Positions 39,525-52,736 are shown, numbered from the whole stretch's first letter. The stretch: DNA of 63,841 nt, filler included, from Octopus bimaculoides (GCF_001194135.2; 8 parts of 6 records of this genome joined end to end with filler, not necessarily neighbours in it); one strand, 5' to 3'. Translations and numbers: made by a program. Notes: generated by a model from the letters alone, not told the origin.

Positions 39525-40457
39525 GTTGTTGTTGGCACTCCGTCGCTTACGACGTCGAGGGTTCCAGTTGGTCCAATCAACGGAACAGCCTGCTCGTGAA
39601 ATTAACGTGCAAGTAGCTGAGCACTCCACAGACACGTGTACCCTTAACGTAGTTCTCGGGGGATATTCAGTGTGACAGGATCTTTTTTAAAACGGGGGCC
39701 ACATTTTTCATTAACGAAACACTTTGAAACTTGGAACACTGGTAGAATATGTCATATAAAACATCTTTTTCTCTTAGTCTTCTTTAAAAAAAAGAAATCC
39801 ATAAGTTATTCCATGTTANNNNNNNNNNNNNNNNNNNNNNNNNNNNNNNNNNNNNNNNNNNNNNNNNNNNNNNNNNNNNNNNNNNNNNNNNNNNNNNNNN
39901 NNNNNNNNNNNNNNNNNNNNNNNNNNNNNNNNNNNNNNNNNNNNNNNNNNNNNNNNNNNNNNNNNNNNNNNNNCTTTACATCGCTTAATCAGCCAAAGGA
40001 GTAAATATATACAACTGAATACTTGTCAGTGATTGGTTGAAATTATCGAAATAAGACAATTTTTTACATGAAATAAATTCGAATACAAAAATATTTTTCT
40101 GTTCTATAACACAAAATAGATAAGTATACGAAGTTTGAAAGTCTTTCCGTACCAAAAACACTACGTAAAATATTAATGAAAAATGTGGCCCCCGTTTTAA
40201 AATAGATCCGTGTGACACAGAGTGCGACAAGGCTGACCCTTTGAATTACAGGCACAACAGAAACAAGAAGTAAGAGAGAGAGAGAAAGTTGTGGTGAAAG
40301 AGTACAGCAGAATTCGCCACCGTCCCCTCCCGGAGCCTCATGGAGCTTTTAGGTGTTTTCGCTCAATAAACACTCACAACACCCGGTCTGGGAATCGAAA
40401 CCGCGATCCTATGACCGCGAGTCCGCTACCCTAACCACTGGGCCATTGCGCCTCCAC
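39525..40457 (-). mobile_element. tRNA(Arg-like)-derived SINE interrupted by a TIR element
   Basis: Minus-strand head GGAGGCGCAATGGCCCAGTGG (A box)...GACTCGCGGTC...GGTTTCGATTCC (B box), with a (CAA)n tail. Confidence 0.8.
39678..40209. mobile_element. Non-autonomous TIR element (MITE) with 8-bp target-site duplication
   Basis: ~36-bp TIRs GGATCT(T/A)TTTTAAAACGGGG(G)CCACATTTTTCATTAA. GTGTGACA is duplicated at 39670-39677 and 40210-40217. Contains an N gap. Confidence 0.85.
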
Positions 40458-40987
40458 TATGTATATATATACAGAACGTAAAGACGAACGAAATGCTGCT
40501 AAGCATTCTACCCGGCATACTAACGATTCCGTCACCTAGCCACCTTAATAACAACATCAATAATAATAATAATAATCTTTTCTACTGTAGTCACAAGGCC
40601 AGAAATTTGGGGGAAGGGATTAGGGTTAGGGTTAGTACTCAATGTCTACTTATTATGTCGACCCTAAAACGATAAAAGGCAAAGGCAAAGTCAACCTCGG
40701 CGAAATTTGAACTCAGAACAGAAAGAGGCACGAAATCCCGCTAAGCACTTTGCCCGGCATGCTAACGATTCCGCCAGCTCGCTGCCTTAATAACCCTTTC
40801 TATTATAGGCATAAGGCCTGAAATTTTGGGGGTGGGGAAGGTCGATTGTATTGACCCCGTATTTCACCGGTATTTAATTTATGGATCCCGAAATGATGAA
40901 AGGCGGAATTTGAACTCAACGTAGCGGCAGACGCTATACCGCTAAGCATTTCACCCGACGTACTAATGATTCTGCCAGCTCGCCGCC

Positions 40988-41054
<67 letters not shown>

Positions 41055-41057
<3 letters not shown>

Positions 41058-41149
41058 TTTGATAAAAATATAGATCATCTCATTTACATGGATGATTTAA
41101 AGCTCTTTGCAAAAAATGACCAACAACTCAAAGGCCTACTAGCGAGTGT
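41055..41149 (+). mobile_element. Non-LTR reverse transcriptase fragment (R4/Dong-like), cut by the contig end
   Basis: DHLIYMDDLKLFAKNDQQLKGLLASV (YMDD motif), starting right after (TAA)n. Confidence 0.8.
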
Positions 41150-42241
41150 NNNNNNNNNNNNNNNNNNNNNNNNNNNNNNNNNNNNNNNNNNNNTTAATTA
41201 ATTAANNNNNNNNNNNNNNNNNNNNNNNNNNNNNNNNNNNNNNNNNNNNTGGAGTGGTGGTGGTGGTGGTGGTGGTGGTGATGCGTTTCTGTTATTGCTA
41301 TTTTATCGATGTCTTCCCCTTTGGTGCCATCGTCTTAACCGGTATCATTCATTTTTTGTTGTTCCTTTTTCTCTTCTATGTTGTTGTTGCTATTGTTTTC
41401 AGCAGTTTCTGTGTTTGCGTCCTTGACCGTCACATTTTGCGTCGATTCTAAGTTTTGCGTTCCCCACCACCACCTAGACTATTCGCCTGTCTGTCTGTCT
41501 CTTTGTTTGTCTACATATTTATCTTAACTGTATGTATACATGCTTGAATGTATAGATGGATGTATGGACAACTCTTCGAAACGCCTGTGTTAGAATGGGG
41601 GAAGCTGATGAAGGAGATGTTCTCTATGTGGATTGTGTGTTTTCGGTACTCGTTTATCATTTTGTCTACGCTTTGTTTACAATGTCCTGTACCCAGATAT
41701 GCATCTATATATACAGGTAGATGTAAGTATGTACATACATGTACGTATGTATGCATATACACATTTATTAATTGTATTATATATATATANNNNNNNNNNN
41801 NNNNNNNNNNNNNNNNNNNNNNNNNNNNNNNNNNNNNNNNNNNNNNNNNNNNNNNNNNNNNNNNNNNNNNNNNNNNNNNNNNNNNNNNNNNNNNNNNNNN
41901 NNNNNNNNNNNNNNNNNNNNNNNNNNNNNNNNNNNNNNNNNNNNNNNNNNNNNNNNNNNNNNNNNNNNNNNNNNNNNNNNNNNNNNNNNNNNNNNNNNNN
42001 NNNNNNNNNNNNNNNNNNNNNNNNNNNNNNNNNNNNNNNNNNNNNNNNNNNNNNNNNNNNNNNNNNNNNNNNNNNNNNNNNNNNNNNNNNNNNNNNNNNN
42101 NNNNNNNNNNNNNNNNNNNNNNNNNNNNNNNNNNNNNNNNNNNNNNNNNNNNNNNNNNNNNNNNNNNNNNNNNNNNNNNNNNNNNNNNNNNNNNNNNNNN
42201 NNNNNNNNNNNNNNNNNNNNNNNNNNNNNNNNNNNNNNNNN

Positions 42242-42280
<39 letters not shown>

Positions 42281-42349
42281 TAGAGCGGCCGGGACCCTAC
42301 ATTAAGGAGAGCGAACGCTGCAAGCTTTGTATAAACTCAGAGACTCCCT

Positions 42350-43075
42350 GAAACCTAGTAACGAAACCAAAGCCGCTTGGCACAGGTTGACTTTGAACAC
42401 TGCTGTGCATGCGTACTAAGTTTTAACGTTCTAGCTTACTTCCTCTATTTACAGCTTGGAAGGAAGGTGTGTAGCGGTGATCGTTGCATTGACGATGACA
42501 GAGAAAGTCGTCAAGGCTACACCTGCTCAAAGGCCTATTAAAGTTGCAGAAAGTGTATGGAGAGGAGTGTATGAGCCGCACACAGTTGTACGAGTGGTTC
42601 AGATGTTTCCAGGATGGCCGAAAAAATGTCGATATTGACGAACGCGTGCATCTGTGAGGGGAAATCGTCGAATCACCATCTGCAAGTTATCAGAGTATGT
42701 GCAGATTAGATACGGTTCAGTTCAGTCCATTATCATTGGAAATGAGAAGCGTGGGTATGAGACGCATGTCTGCCAAGTTTGTCCCAAAACTGATTTCAGC
42801 TGACGAAAAAGACACTCAGTGTACTTCTTTGAAAACTTTCCACAGGCCTCTGAGCCGGTATTGCCAAGCTTTTGGCAAAATTCTCTGCTCAGATTTCTCT
42901 ACCATAGTCATTGCAACGATCACACACTACACACCTTCCTTCCAAGCACTGCTGCAAACAGCGGAAGTGAGCTAAAACGTTAAAATTTAGTGTGCATGCA
43001 CAAGGGAGTTGAAGGTCAATCTGTGCCAAGCGGCTTGAATCTGCATGCTTTAGCTTCGTTACTATGGCAACAGTC
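42350..43075 (+). mobile_element. Internally deleted mariner relic with long inverted arms
   Basis: Reads CMSRTQLYEWFRCFQDGRKNVDIDER and GMRRMSAKFVPKLIS. 42356-42443 is an inverted copy of 42963-43064. Confidence 0.8.
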
Positions 43076-43103
43076 TGGTTATTTATAGATTAGACCACGT
43101 ATA

Positions 43104-43195
<92 letters not shown>

Positions 43196-43291
43196 TAAAT
43201 ACAAAAAAGGGGTCTTGTATGATCGTGTATACAGGAATATATTATTTTATTTAAAAGAATTCCAACTCTGTCTGTTTTTTATGTTTTATTT

Positions 43292-43797
43292 ATATTCTTG
43301 TAAAATTAATGTGGGATATAGAATATGGAATATATAATATATAATATAAAAATTGATGGTACAATGAAATGAAGTAATGAATGTATTATTGAATATATAG
43401 AATATGTCTTATTGAATATATGAAATATTGAGTGTTCAATATAAAGGATTAAATATATAAAGGCGAATACGTATTTTCTATACCTTGTGGTATTTCATCA
43501 TGGCCGGTATGACAGACTGTAACAGACTGTTACAGTCTGTCATACCGGCCATGATGAAATACCACAAGGTATAGAAATACCACAAGGTATAGAAAATACC
43601 ACAAGGTATAGAAAATACGTATTCGCCTTTATATATTTAATCCTTTATATTGAACACTCAATATTTCATATATTCAATAAGACATATTCCATATATTCAA
43701 TAAGACATTCAATACTTCATTTCATTGTACCATCCATTTTTATATTATATATTATATATTCCATATTCTATATCCCACATTAACTTTACAAGAATAT
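43292..43797. repeat. ~500-bp near-perfect palindrome
   Basis: Arms meet at CTGTAACAG-A-CTGTTACAG (centre 43526). About four substitutions between arms. The right arm has three copies of a ~18-bp unit AAATACCACAAGGTATAG that occurs once in the left arm. Confidence 0.9.
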
Positions 43798-44209
43798 NNN
43801 NNNNNNNNNNNNNNNNNNNNNNNNNNNNNNNNNNNNNNNNNNNNNNNNNNNNNNNNNNNNNNNNNNNNNNNNNNNNNNNNNNNNNNNNNNNNNNNNNNNN
43901 NNNNNNNNNNNNNNNNNNNNNNNNNNNNNNNNNNNNNNNNNNNNNNNNNNNNNNNNNNNNNNNNNNNNNNNNNNNNNNNNNNNNNNNNNNNNNNNNNNNN
44001 NNNNNNNNNNNNNNNNNNNNNNNNNNNNNNNNNNNNNNNNNNNNNNNNNNNNNNNNNNNNNNNNNNNNNNNNNNNNNNNNNNNNNNNNNNNNNNNNNNNN
44101 NNNNNNNNNNNNNNNNNNNNNNNNNNNNNNNNNNNNNNNNNNNNNNNNNNNNNNNNNNNNNNNNNNNNNNNNNNNNNNNNNNNNNNNNNNNNNNNNNNNN
44201 NNNNNNNNN

Positions 44210-44264
<55 letters not shown>

Positions 44265-46239
44265 TGGACAGATGCACATATATACACAGATATATACATA
44301 TATAACTTACACACACACACATATGTATGTACTCACTCATCCACCCTTGTATATGCTGATCTGTTTATCAGTTCGTGTCTATATCACTCTTCTTTTTCAG
44401 TCTCTCCATTTTTTTTCAATTAATCTATCAGTCTTTCTCTTCTTTGTGTCCCTTTCTCTTCCTTTAATCCCCCCCCCCCATCTCTCTCTTTCTACTACTT
44501 TCTTGTTATTTATCAATCAAATTTTTTCCTGCATTCAAATATTTTGGATGGAATGAAAGAAATCAAAGAAAGATAGATAGACTGACCGATTGATTTATTG
44601 GTATTTATTGGTCACCTGATTGATTGATAGAGAAAGAGAATGAAACTAGGAGTGCTCCAAATTTCAGATCAAAGCTTTTGAATAACTATGAAGAGTCTTT
44701 GTAGCAGTATTGCTGCTAACGAACCGTTTCTATCAAAGAAAACATATTGACTGATATAAAAAAAAAAGTAGCAGAAACGGAACGTTAAGTCCCAGAGTAC
44801 ATGTTAGTCGGCTTCGGCAGCACACCAGCAATTGTTTTATATTTGAAATCATATTCACTGATTGTTTTCAGAGTTTCTAAACCACTTATGACCCTCGTAG
44901 TCACAGATTCTGTATCATAGACGAAACCAAGAAGATTGATGAAAGCTAAAAACAGAGTATGCTTGTAAGTTTATATAAAACAACATCCAAAGAGACTGGT
45001 GGTTTGTCTGCATTGATAAATAAATGCTTTCTTTCAACCCCGGCACCATTTCTTAGTTAAATATTCCTATTTTTATCCTTCAGCCCTTCTCTCAACTCAG
45101 TTTTTCTTTCCATCTCACCGTTGCCCGCTTCCCTTCCTCTTTTTATTTTTGTTTCCTTTTCCGCCTTTCCTCCTTTTTCTCTCTTCTACTACTCCCCATC
45201 TATTTGTGCAAGGCCACGTTGTCTTACGTTCCCCATCAATGGCAGCCAGTTTCTCAAACATAAAGGTTGTAAAACTCTGCTCGCTTTCTTTTATTTCTTT
45301 TATTTCTCTCCTGTCATCTTGATCCTGAAGAAGGACTATATACTTAATTAGTTCTTTCAATATTTTGCTCTTTTCCTTCTTAGTTCAAATCTCACAAAGA
45401 TCAACTTTATCTTTCATCCTTCAGGGAAAGTACCGGCCCAGTGTAGCATATTATTTGGCGAAATTGTTGAAGCGTCGGGATTATATGACGTGTGTTATTC
45501 GTTCTGGTTATTTACGTCTTGAGTTCTTAAGTGGTGGACTTAATCCGCTGCCTGGATTAGCACCACCGTCTGATCCCTAAGTAGCTCTAGCGGAACTGAT
45601 TCTGTTTCAAGCATTCAGACCAGATCTTTGATTTGAGGATAACTTACTTTCAATTGTCGCCGAGACCCTGAAAAAATAAACGGCTATGGACGCTGCCCGT
45701 CCTACACTTAGCTATTGTATTTCTTGCTAATAAGAAGTGGAAGTTCACATTGATCAACTTATCCAGATGCTTTGTATTGTATATTTGTACAGTGCGCACA
45801 GACTCTTATTTTCTGTTTTGTCAGGACTAGGCAAACTGAAACAGTGTGGTTGGTTATCTATTCATAGTACATAGTACATTCTGTAGTTGTCTTTTATATA
45901 CTGTCATTGTTCTGATTCCGTACGCTATCGGTCGTTTCATATGGTACGTATTTAATATAATTTAGCTTTAAAATATCTCCTCACAAATTCAAACCTCTTT
46001 GAGACGCTTTCTTGTCTGATTCTACTCTACTCAGTCTTACATGGACCAAGTAGGGTCCTTCCCTGATGCCAATTAAACATGGTTTTAGCAATGACTTCAG
46101 CCTTTACTTTTCTTTTGATATATGTCCTATAGGTAACTTTAAGTAATAATGAACAACATACTTCTTCACAGCTTACTTTTTCCTTTGGTATATGCCTCTA
46201 TCCCTTTAGCTACATGTATGTATGTATATGTATATTCTT

Positions 46240-46440
46240 TTACTCTTTTAATTGTTTCAGTCATTTGACTGTGGCCATGCTGGAGCACCGCCTTTAGTCG
46301 AGCAAATTGAACCTAGGACTTATTCTTTTGTAAGCCTAGTACTTATTCTATCGGTCTCTTTTGCCGAACCGCTAAGTTACGGGGACGTAAACACACCACC
46401 ATAGGTTGTCAAGCGATGTTGAGCAGACAAACACAGACAT
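46240..46440 (-). mobile_element. CORE-type SINE 3' half
   Basis: GTTTCAGTCATTTGACTGTGGCCATGCTGGAGCACCGCCTTTAGTCGAGC... as in the other copies. Confidence 0.75.
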
Positions 46441-47205
46441 GTGTATAAGTTTTTTGTAACTATTTTCCGTGATTTTTTTTTTAATTAATTTTTATTTTTG
46501 TGACCATACAGTATTGTTTTGATGGTAACTTCTGAAGCAGTCAGGTGAGATTTGTCGAAAATATTCATCGAATCGCAGCTTTTGGAAAATGTACTCCTTT
46601 AAAAAGTAGACATACCAGTTATACTGCACTTATACGCCACGTATACACGAAATAGCAAATAAATTAGGAGAGGTTCTTAACCATATTTTCTCTATGGACC
46701 CCTTTCGTTCCTATTTTACTCATTGAACCCCCATAGTTATTCGATGCTTAAAAAAATCCTGTTGTATTTTTGTGATTAAATATTATTAGGAAGTGTATGA
46801 ATCTTTTGAAAAATATTTTGGATAATGTAGATGTATAACCATTTTCTTGCACATAAACTTTAACAACAAAATCTTATTTGGACCCCGATTGGGCACCACT
46901 AATCTAAATGATGTAAGGATTTCCAATATAAATCTCGAAAGATACTTCGAAATACTGCTTTGTCGCATCTCTGTTAAGAAAAAAAATCTGCGAAGAAATA
47001 TGTTAATATGTTGTTCATTACTACTTAAAGTTATCTATAGTGTCACAAATGCTTATCAACAGTTTATGAAATCGAATATATTACATTTTGTGGGCAGTTC
47101 TTATCACCATCATTGATATCATCGAGTTCGTCTTTGTTATCATAATCTTTAATGTCGTCGTTGTCATCAGCACCATAACCACCACCACCACCACCACCAC
47201 CACCA

Positions 47206-47252
<47 letters not shown>

Positions 47253-47639
47253 GTTTCCACCACATTCAATTCCTTCTTTTCTCTTTCATTCGATTTCCTT
47301 CTTTTTTTCCTTTACTCCCGTCCACTCGCTCTCCATTCCATAATTTCATTTGCTTCATCCTCTCCTTCTCCTACCCCCTCCACCCCGTTCTCTCTTCTAT
47401 TCCTTCGCATTCTTATTCAACACAATCATCATAATCTTCCTTTTCTCTTTTTTTTTTCGTCTTCTTCTTCTTCTTCTTCTTCTTCTTCTTCTTCTTCTTC
47501 ACCCCTTCCTCTCCTCCCCCTCCTCTTCTGTTACTTCCTGCTCTCTCTTTCTCTTCTTCCTCTCCTTTGTTCTGTTCTCTCGGACTCCTTTGTATCTTTG
47601 AATTCATGCAATGCTAGATGTGTTTGCACTTAAAAAGGA

Positions 47640-47937
47640 GCGGAACAAAGAGGTGTGGGGGGGAGGGGGAAGAAAGAGATCGTGAATGAGAGGGAGAGAT
47701 ATGTGAGACAAAGAGAGGGGGAGGTAGGGACGGAGGAACGAAAGACGAAAGAGAGAGAGAGAGAAACGAAGAGAGAAATAGAAAAAAAGAGACAGAAAGA
47801 TGTGACACTGACTGCAGAAGAAAGAAAGAGAGAAAGAAAGAAAGGAAGAAAGAAAGGAAGAAAGAAAGAAGGAAAGAGAGAAAGAAAGAAAGAAAGAAAG
47901 AAAGAAAAGAAAAGCAAGAAAGAAAGAGAGAAAAGAA

Positions 47938-47976
<39 letters not shown>

Positions 47977-48013
47977 GAAGAAAGAAAAGAAAAGCAAGAA
48001 AGAAAGAAAAGAA

Positions 48014-48045
<32 letters not shown>

Positions 48046-48270
48046 AAAGAAAAGAAAGATAGAAAGAAAGAAAAGAAAAGAGAGAAAGAAAGAAAGAAAA
48101 AGACTGAGCGTGGAAAAAACAATCAGGCGATGTTTGCGAAAGAGAAAAACAGAAAGAGGATAAGAAAAACACAGTAACGCGCGCGCGCGCAAAGAGACAG
48201 ACAGAAACATAGAAAGGGAGGGAGTGGAGTAGAGAACAAGATAGAAAGAGACACATTATTAGGAGAGTGA
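47640..48270. repeat. (GAAA)n purine-rich tract
   Basis: Direct reading. Confidence 0.9.
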
Positions 48271-49000
48271 AGGAGAGAGTAGGGTGTTGCGAAGTGGAGA
48301 GCAGTAGATTCTGTGATGTTGCCTTTTGTTCTTACAGACGGAATACGTCAGTGATAACAAAACAACGATGACAACAACAACAACAACAACAATAACACCG
48401 GCAATAATAATAATAATAATAATGATGATAATAATAATAACAAATATACTAAAAAGGTAATAAAGTAAATATCCAGTCTGGAAATGAGGTCAACATACGA
48501 ATGTCAGCGTGACTGTTGGTGGAAAGAGGTCTGAACAAAATGATATTGTTGACAGAAGTGGCAGTGATTTGGAAGAACGAGCGATAGGGAGAGGAGGAGG
48601 AAGGAAGGAAGAAAGAAGATGGGAGGAGGAGGATGGTGGGAGGAGAGTGAAAGAATCAGGAGAAAGGAAGGGAGAAAATGAAAAAAAATGGAGAGCAAGC
48701 GTAGAAGAAAAAGATAGAGTTATGAAGGATGTAGATGAGGGGAAATAGACGATGAAATGGAAAGAAAATGTAATGAAAGAGAAAGAAAATGTAAAAGAGA
48801 GAATATGAGAGAGGGAGTGAACGGGAAAGTGAGAGAGAGAGAGAGAGAATATACAGACCGGCAGACGACAGCATTAAAAAAGACGGACACACTGACTGAA
48901 TGAACTGAAAGTAAGATATTTGAGGAAGAAGAGTAAAGGCGAATGAAGAAATGGAGCAGAGGAGAGTGAGTGCAGGAAAGAAGGATATGAGAGAGTGTCA

Positions 49001-49067
<67 letters not shown>

Positions 49068-49111
49068 ATGTCTATCAATATATGTATGCATATGTATATA
49101 CAGTGTATGTG

Positions 49112-49157
<46 letters not shown>

Positions 49158-50529
49158 GGATGATACAAGCAGGAAAATAAAGATAAATCGATAGATATAT
49201 CTATCTCTTTTTTCCTGTTTGTATTATCAAACTCACACGCACACAGAGAGGCAGACAGTTAATTTATACAATAATAAGCTAAGAGAAATAGCAATGCAGC
49301 CAAATACAGGTATATCAAATACCATACAAAATAAATTCAGGATCTATTAAGATTATCCCTGCCTCAAGAGGATGTGCCACAACTACCAAATGGCAATTAA
49401 GATCAGCTCCTCTTGACAAATGGAGATAATCTCAAGAATAAAGAATTATCCAGAGTTTATATGCTATTAAGGAAAAGGACAGTCGTGGACACGTGTTTCT
49501 GCCTCAATAAACGTCATCAGCACCACAATTATCCAACTTTAGGCAATATTATGTAATAATTATTTTGCATAACTACGGGAAACACTTGTATTAAAAGCAT
49601 TCAAGATATCAAAATATCAATATTTAGTCTTTGTCTTCATTCGGGTATTATACAACCAACGTGCATGGTTCTTGCTTCAATAACACGTTTAACAGAACTA
49701 GGATATAAAAGTTGAATGTTTTAGCGAACCCGAGTCGAAATATTCTGGTGAAATGTATTGCATTAAAGTATAACCTTCAATATTAACCCTTCTATTAAGG
49801 TGGCGAACGGACAAAATACTTAGCAGCGTTTCTTTACGTTCTGGATTCAAATTCTGCTGAGGTCGACTGAACAGTGACATACATACATACATATGGTGGA
49901 AGTCAACTCGTGACCGAGCAAGACCATTTCCTAAACTCAGTAAATTCATGCAAATGTTCCGAGAGTCCAAAACGTTTCTATGCGTGAATTTGTTTTGAGA
50001 GCATAAAGTGTTGCACGTGACTGAACCCACTTTTAAACACAATCAGCTATAAACCCAGTGGCACAACAGAGGTTGAGACGACCAAGAAACCTACTGCACT
50101 TCAGATATTTTATATGAGTTTATCCTCTCCTAGAAGGAAGTTCTAACGATAACTAGGGGTCCTTCACTCCCGGTGGTTCGCATGTTAATTAACCCATAGC
50201 TGGGACCCTAACAGGTGCTACTACTCCGGGTCAGAGTAAACCTGAGAACAATAGTGGCTAAGAGGTGATTCCACACTCTTCAAAGCCCCGTAACTTCCAT
50301 ACCAGAGCCGCATTACCGGATGCAGTTTAAACTCATATCTACATGATGATTTCCCATACAACCCTAAAACAGCCGGACTGACATACCCCAAAGAAGACCT
50401 GGATGAAACGCTCAGCATAAAAAAACCCCACCATGCATGGGTGTGTTTCTCGAAGACTTAAGACAGTAATATCAGCATGAAGCGAAGCCTTTTTCTTCTT
50501 GTGACCGCTACATAACCTCACACTTCGAA

Positions 50530-51060
50530 AGCTATACGTATGCAATCCAAGAACAGGAGACTGCTACTACCTAATGAAAAAAGAGATTGTGAAGCCCTAA
50601 GAGCTCTATGATACAACGGAAAATGTAGATTACGTTATATTTCTGTGGAAGACATCACACATGTGATTAGCAGTTGTCCAAAAGTTTTATCAAGGTACTA
50701 CTTCCATATGAGACATGGCGTTGTTGCAGAACCAATACACAATGACATTCGGGGAAAAAAGACTGTCCTCGAATAAATATAGAGAACCCCATTGTTATTG
50801 AATACGCACAAAAACATCATTACATGGAATACTGATGGAACATCCTCATCAAAATATCTGTCAAGTGTAAACTAAACAGTCCGGATATTGTTGTTTGGGA
50901 AAAAGCATGTACTATCATAGAAGTTAGCTGTCGTGCTGGTGTGAATATCTCTTCGGAAATCAAAGAGAAAGAAGATAACTATGGACAGCTGCTTCGAAAC
51001 GCCCAGCTTTTATATTCAGATTATAAATTCCCATTAATGCCAATAATAATTATTTCAAAT
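50530..51060 (+). mobile_element. Old R4-like non-LTR retrotransposon 3' fragment (zinc knuckle plus restriction-like endonuclease)
   Basis: Frameshifted YAIQEQE, VEDITHVISSCP, PDIVVWEKACTIIEVSC and KEKEDNYGQLL. Confidence 0.7.
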
Positions 51061-51069
51061 TCTTGACAC

Positions 51070-51263
51070 AAGGGCAGCTTGCGGGGAGTGGAGATGAGTC
51101 GATTACATCGACCCAACTGTTCAACTGGTACTTATTTTATCGACCCCGAAAGGATGAAAGGCAAAGTCGACTTCAGCAGAATTTGAACTCAGAACGTAGC
51201 GACGGGCGAAATACCGCTAAGCATTTAGTCCAGTGTGCTAACGATTCTGCAAGCTCGTCACCT
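51070..51263 (-). mobile_element. Second SINE family (GGCGGCGAGCT head, CTTTCATCCTTTCGGGGTCGAT core)
   Basis: Related copies at ~8750-8950, 12290-12600, 30530-30720, 40560-40990 (minus) and 49790-49870, 59598-59790 (plus). The core resembles the Nin/Deu SINE domain as recalled. Confidence 0.7.
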
Positions 51264-51280
51264 TAATAATAATAATAATG

Positions 51281-51330
<50 letters not shown>

Positions 51331-51331
<1 letters not shown>

Positions 51332-52403
51332 TGGGTCACTCCACCCCCAAAAAGTGACACAGACAGACAGTATATACCAAGAAAAAGAGGGGGAAGAGGA
51401 CTTATTGGATGCGAACACAGCATTAGAGCAGAAGAAAACAACATAACGCGGTATGTAAAAAATACCACAGAACCGCTATTATTAGAAGAAGGTCAGGCTT
51501 GCGTAGGATGAAAGATTGCAAAGATAAAGCACAATACAAGAAATTGAAGACGAATGAAACAGAAAATAGGTGGGTAAAGAAAAGAATGCATGGTCAGTTT
51601 CATAGAGATGTTGAAGATAAGACAGGCAGAGAAAAAGATGACTGTGGATGACTAAAAGTGATTTAAAAACGGAAACGGAGTCTCTAATCTGTGTTGCCCA
51701 AGAGCAAGCACTAAGAGCAAACTACATAAAATACAGAATAGACAACACATCAGAAAGTGATAAGTGCAGAATCTGTGAAAAAAATGGTGAATCCATATGG
51801 CATATTACCAGTCAATGTACGCCACTAGCCCAGTAGGAATATAAGAGATACCACGACAATATAGCCAGGCTTGTCCATTGGACACTTTGCAACAAGCATG
51901 GACTTGACAGGGCAAATGATTGGTACGACCTTAAACCTGAAGGCATTGTCGAAAATAGAAATGCAAAGATGCTATGGGATTTTATGATTCAGTGCGACCA
52001 TGACATAGAGAACAGAAAACCAGATATAGTATTAATTGAGAAAGAAAACAAACTATGCAGGATCATAGATACAGCATGCCCAGCTGACAACAAGGTATGC
52101 GATAAGAAAGAAAGAAAATTCGAGAGATATGACAGGTTAGCTTGGGAGCTTAAGCGGTTGTGGTCGATGAAAAAGGTTGTGGTAGTACTAATAATTGTTG
52201 GAGCCCTGGGAACAGTGAACAAAAATCTCGAGGAGTACGTGGAACAAATAGGGGCTGCAATAAGGGTGGAGCACTTGCAGAAAACAGCACTTCTTGGAAC
52301 CGCTGGAATACTCCGGAAGGTGCTCGAAAAATAAAAGGTGTTACCTTAGTTCACTGGTAATGAACAGCTGACACCGTAGTACATCTCCAGTGTTAGAAGC
52401 TGT
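51331..52403 (+). mobile_element. 5'-truncated R4/Dong-like non-LTR retrotransposon in a (TAA)n tract
   Basis: Reads SDTDRQYIPRKRGGRGL, CRICEKNGESIWHITSQC (CCHC), and KPDIVLIEKENKLCRIIDTACP...KFERYDRLAWELKRLW (endonuclease), stop 52334. (TAA)n on both sides. Confidence 0.9.
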
Positions 52404-52404
52404 G

Positions 52405-52481
<77 letters not shown>

Positions 52482-52736
52482 TGGTGCACTTAGTTTTGTG
52501 AATAAATGCCTAAATGTCAATCTAAATAAGTTAAGGTTTTCAGAAAAAGTAACCAACTAACTCCTACATTATAAATACAACTTGTAAAACTAAACAAGAT
52601 TTTTCTCAAGTCGTCAATGTGACATTGTTTTCGTTATCTACGTTCCAAAGGTGGAGCTTTGTATCCTTGTTAGAAACAAGCTCCTTCCTCAGGGGAAGAA
52701 TTTAAATAATTAAAAACTGAATAATGACATACATAC

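Noticed and set aside
40381-40457. tRNA-Arg-like sequence as a tRNA gene
   Set aside because: The acceptor stem is not closed and it continues into SINE body, so it is a SINE head.
41605-41630. CTGATGAAGGAGATGTT motif, also at ~58065-58085 on the minus strand
   Set aside because: No GAAA or stem III follows. Dispersed repeat only.
46049-46110. Minus-strand GPYLVH followed by gtaaga, resembling PTP GPxxVHC
   Set aside because: In-frame stop just upstream, no acceptor tract, and an atypical boundary.
52641-52692. CTGAGGA-A-GGAGC...GCTCC hairpin on the minus strand
   Set aside because: GAAA is absent or displaced.
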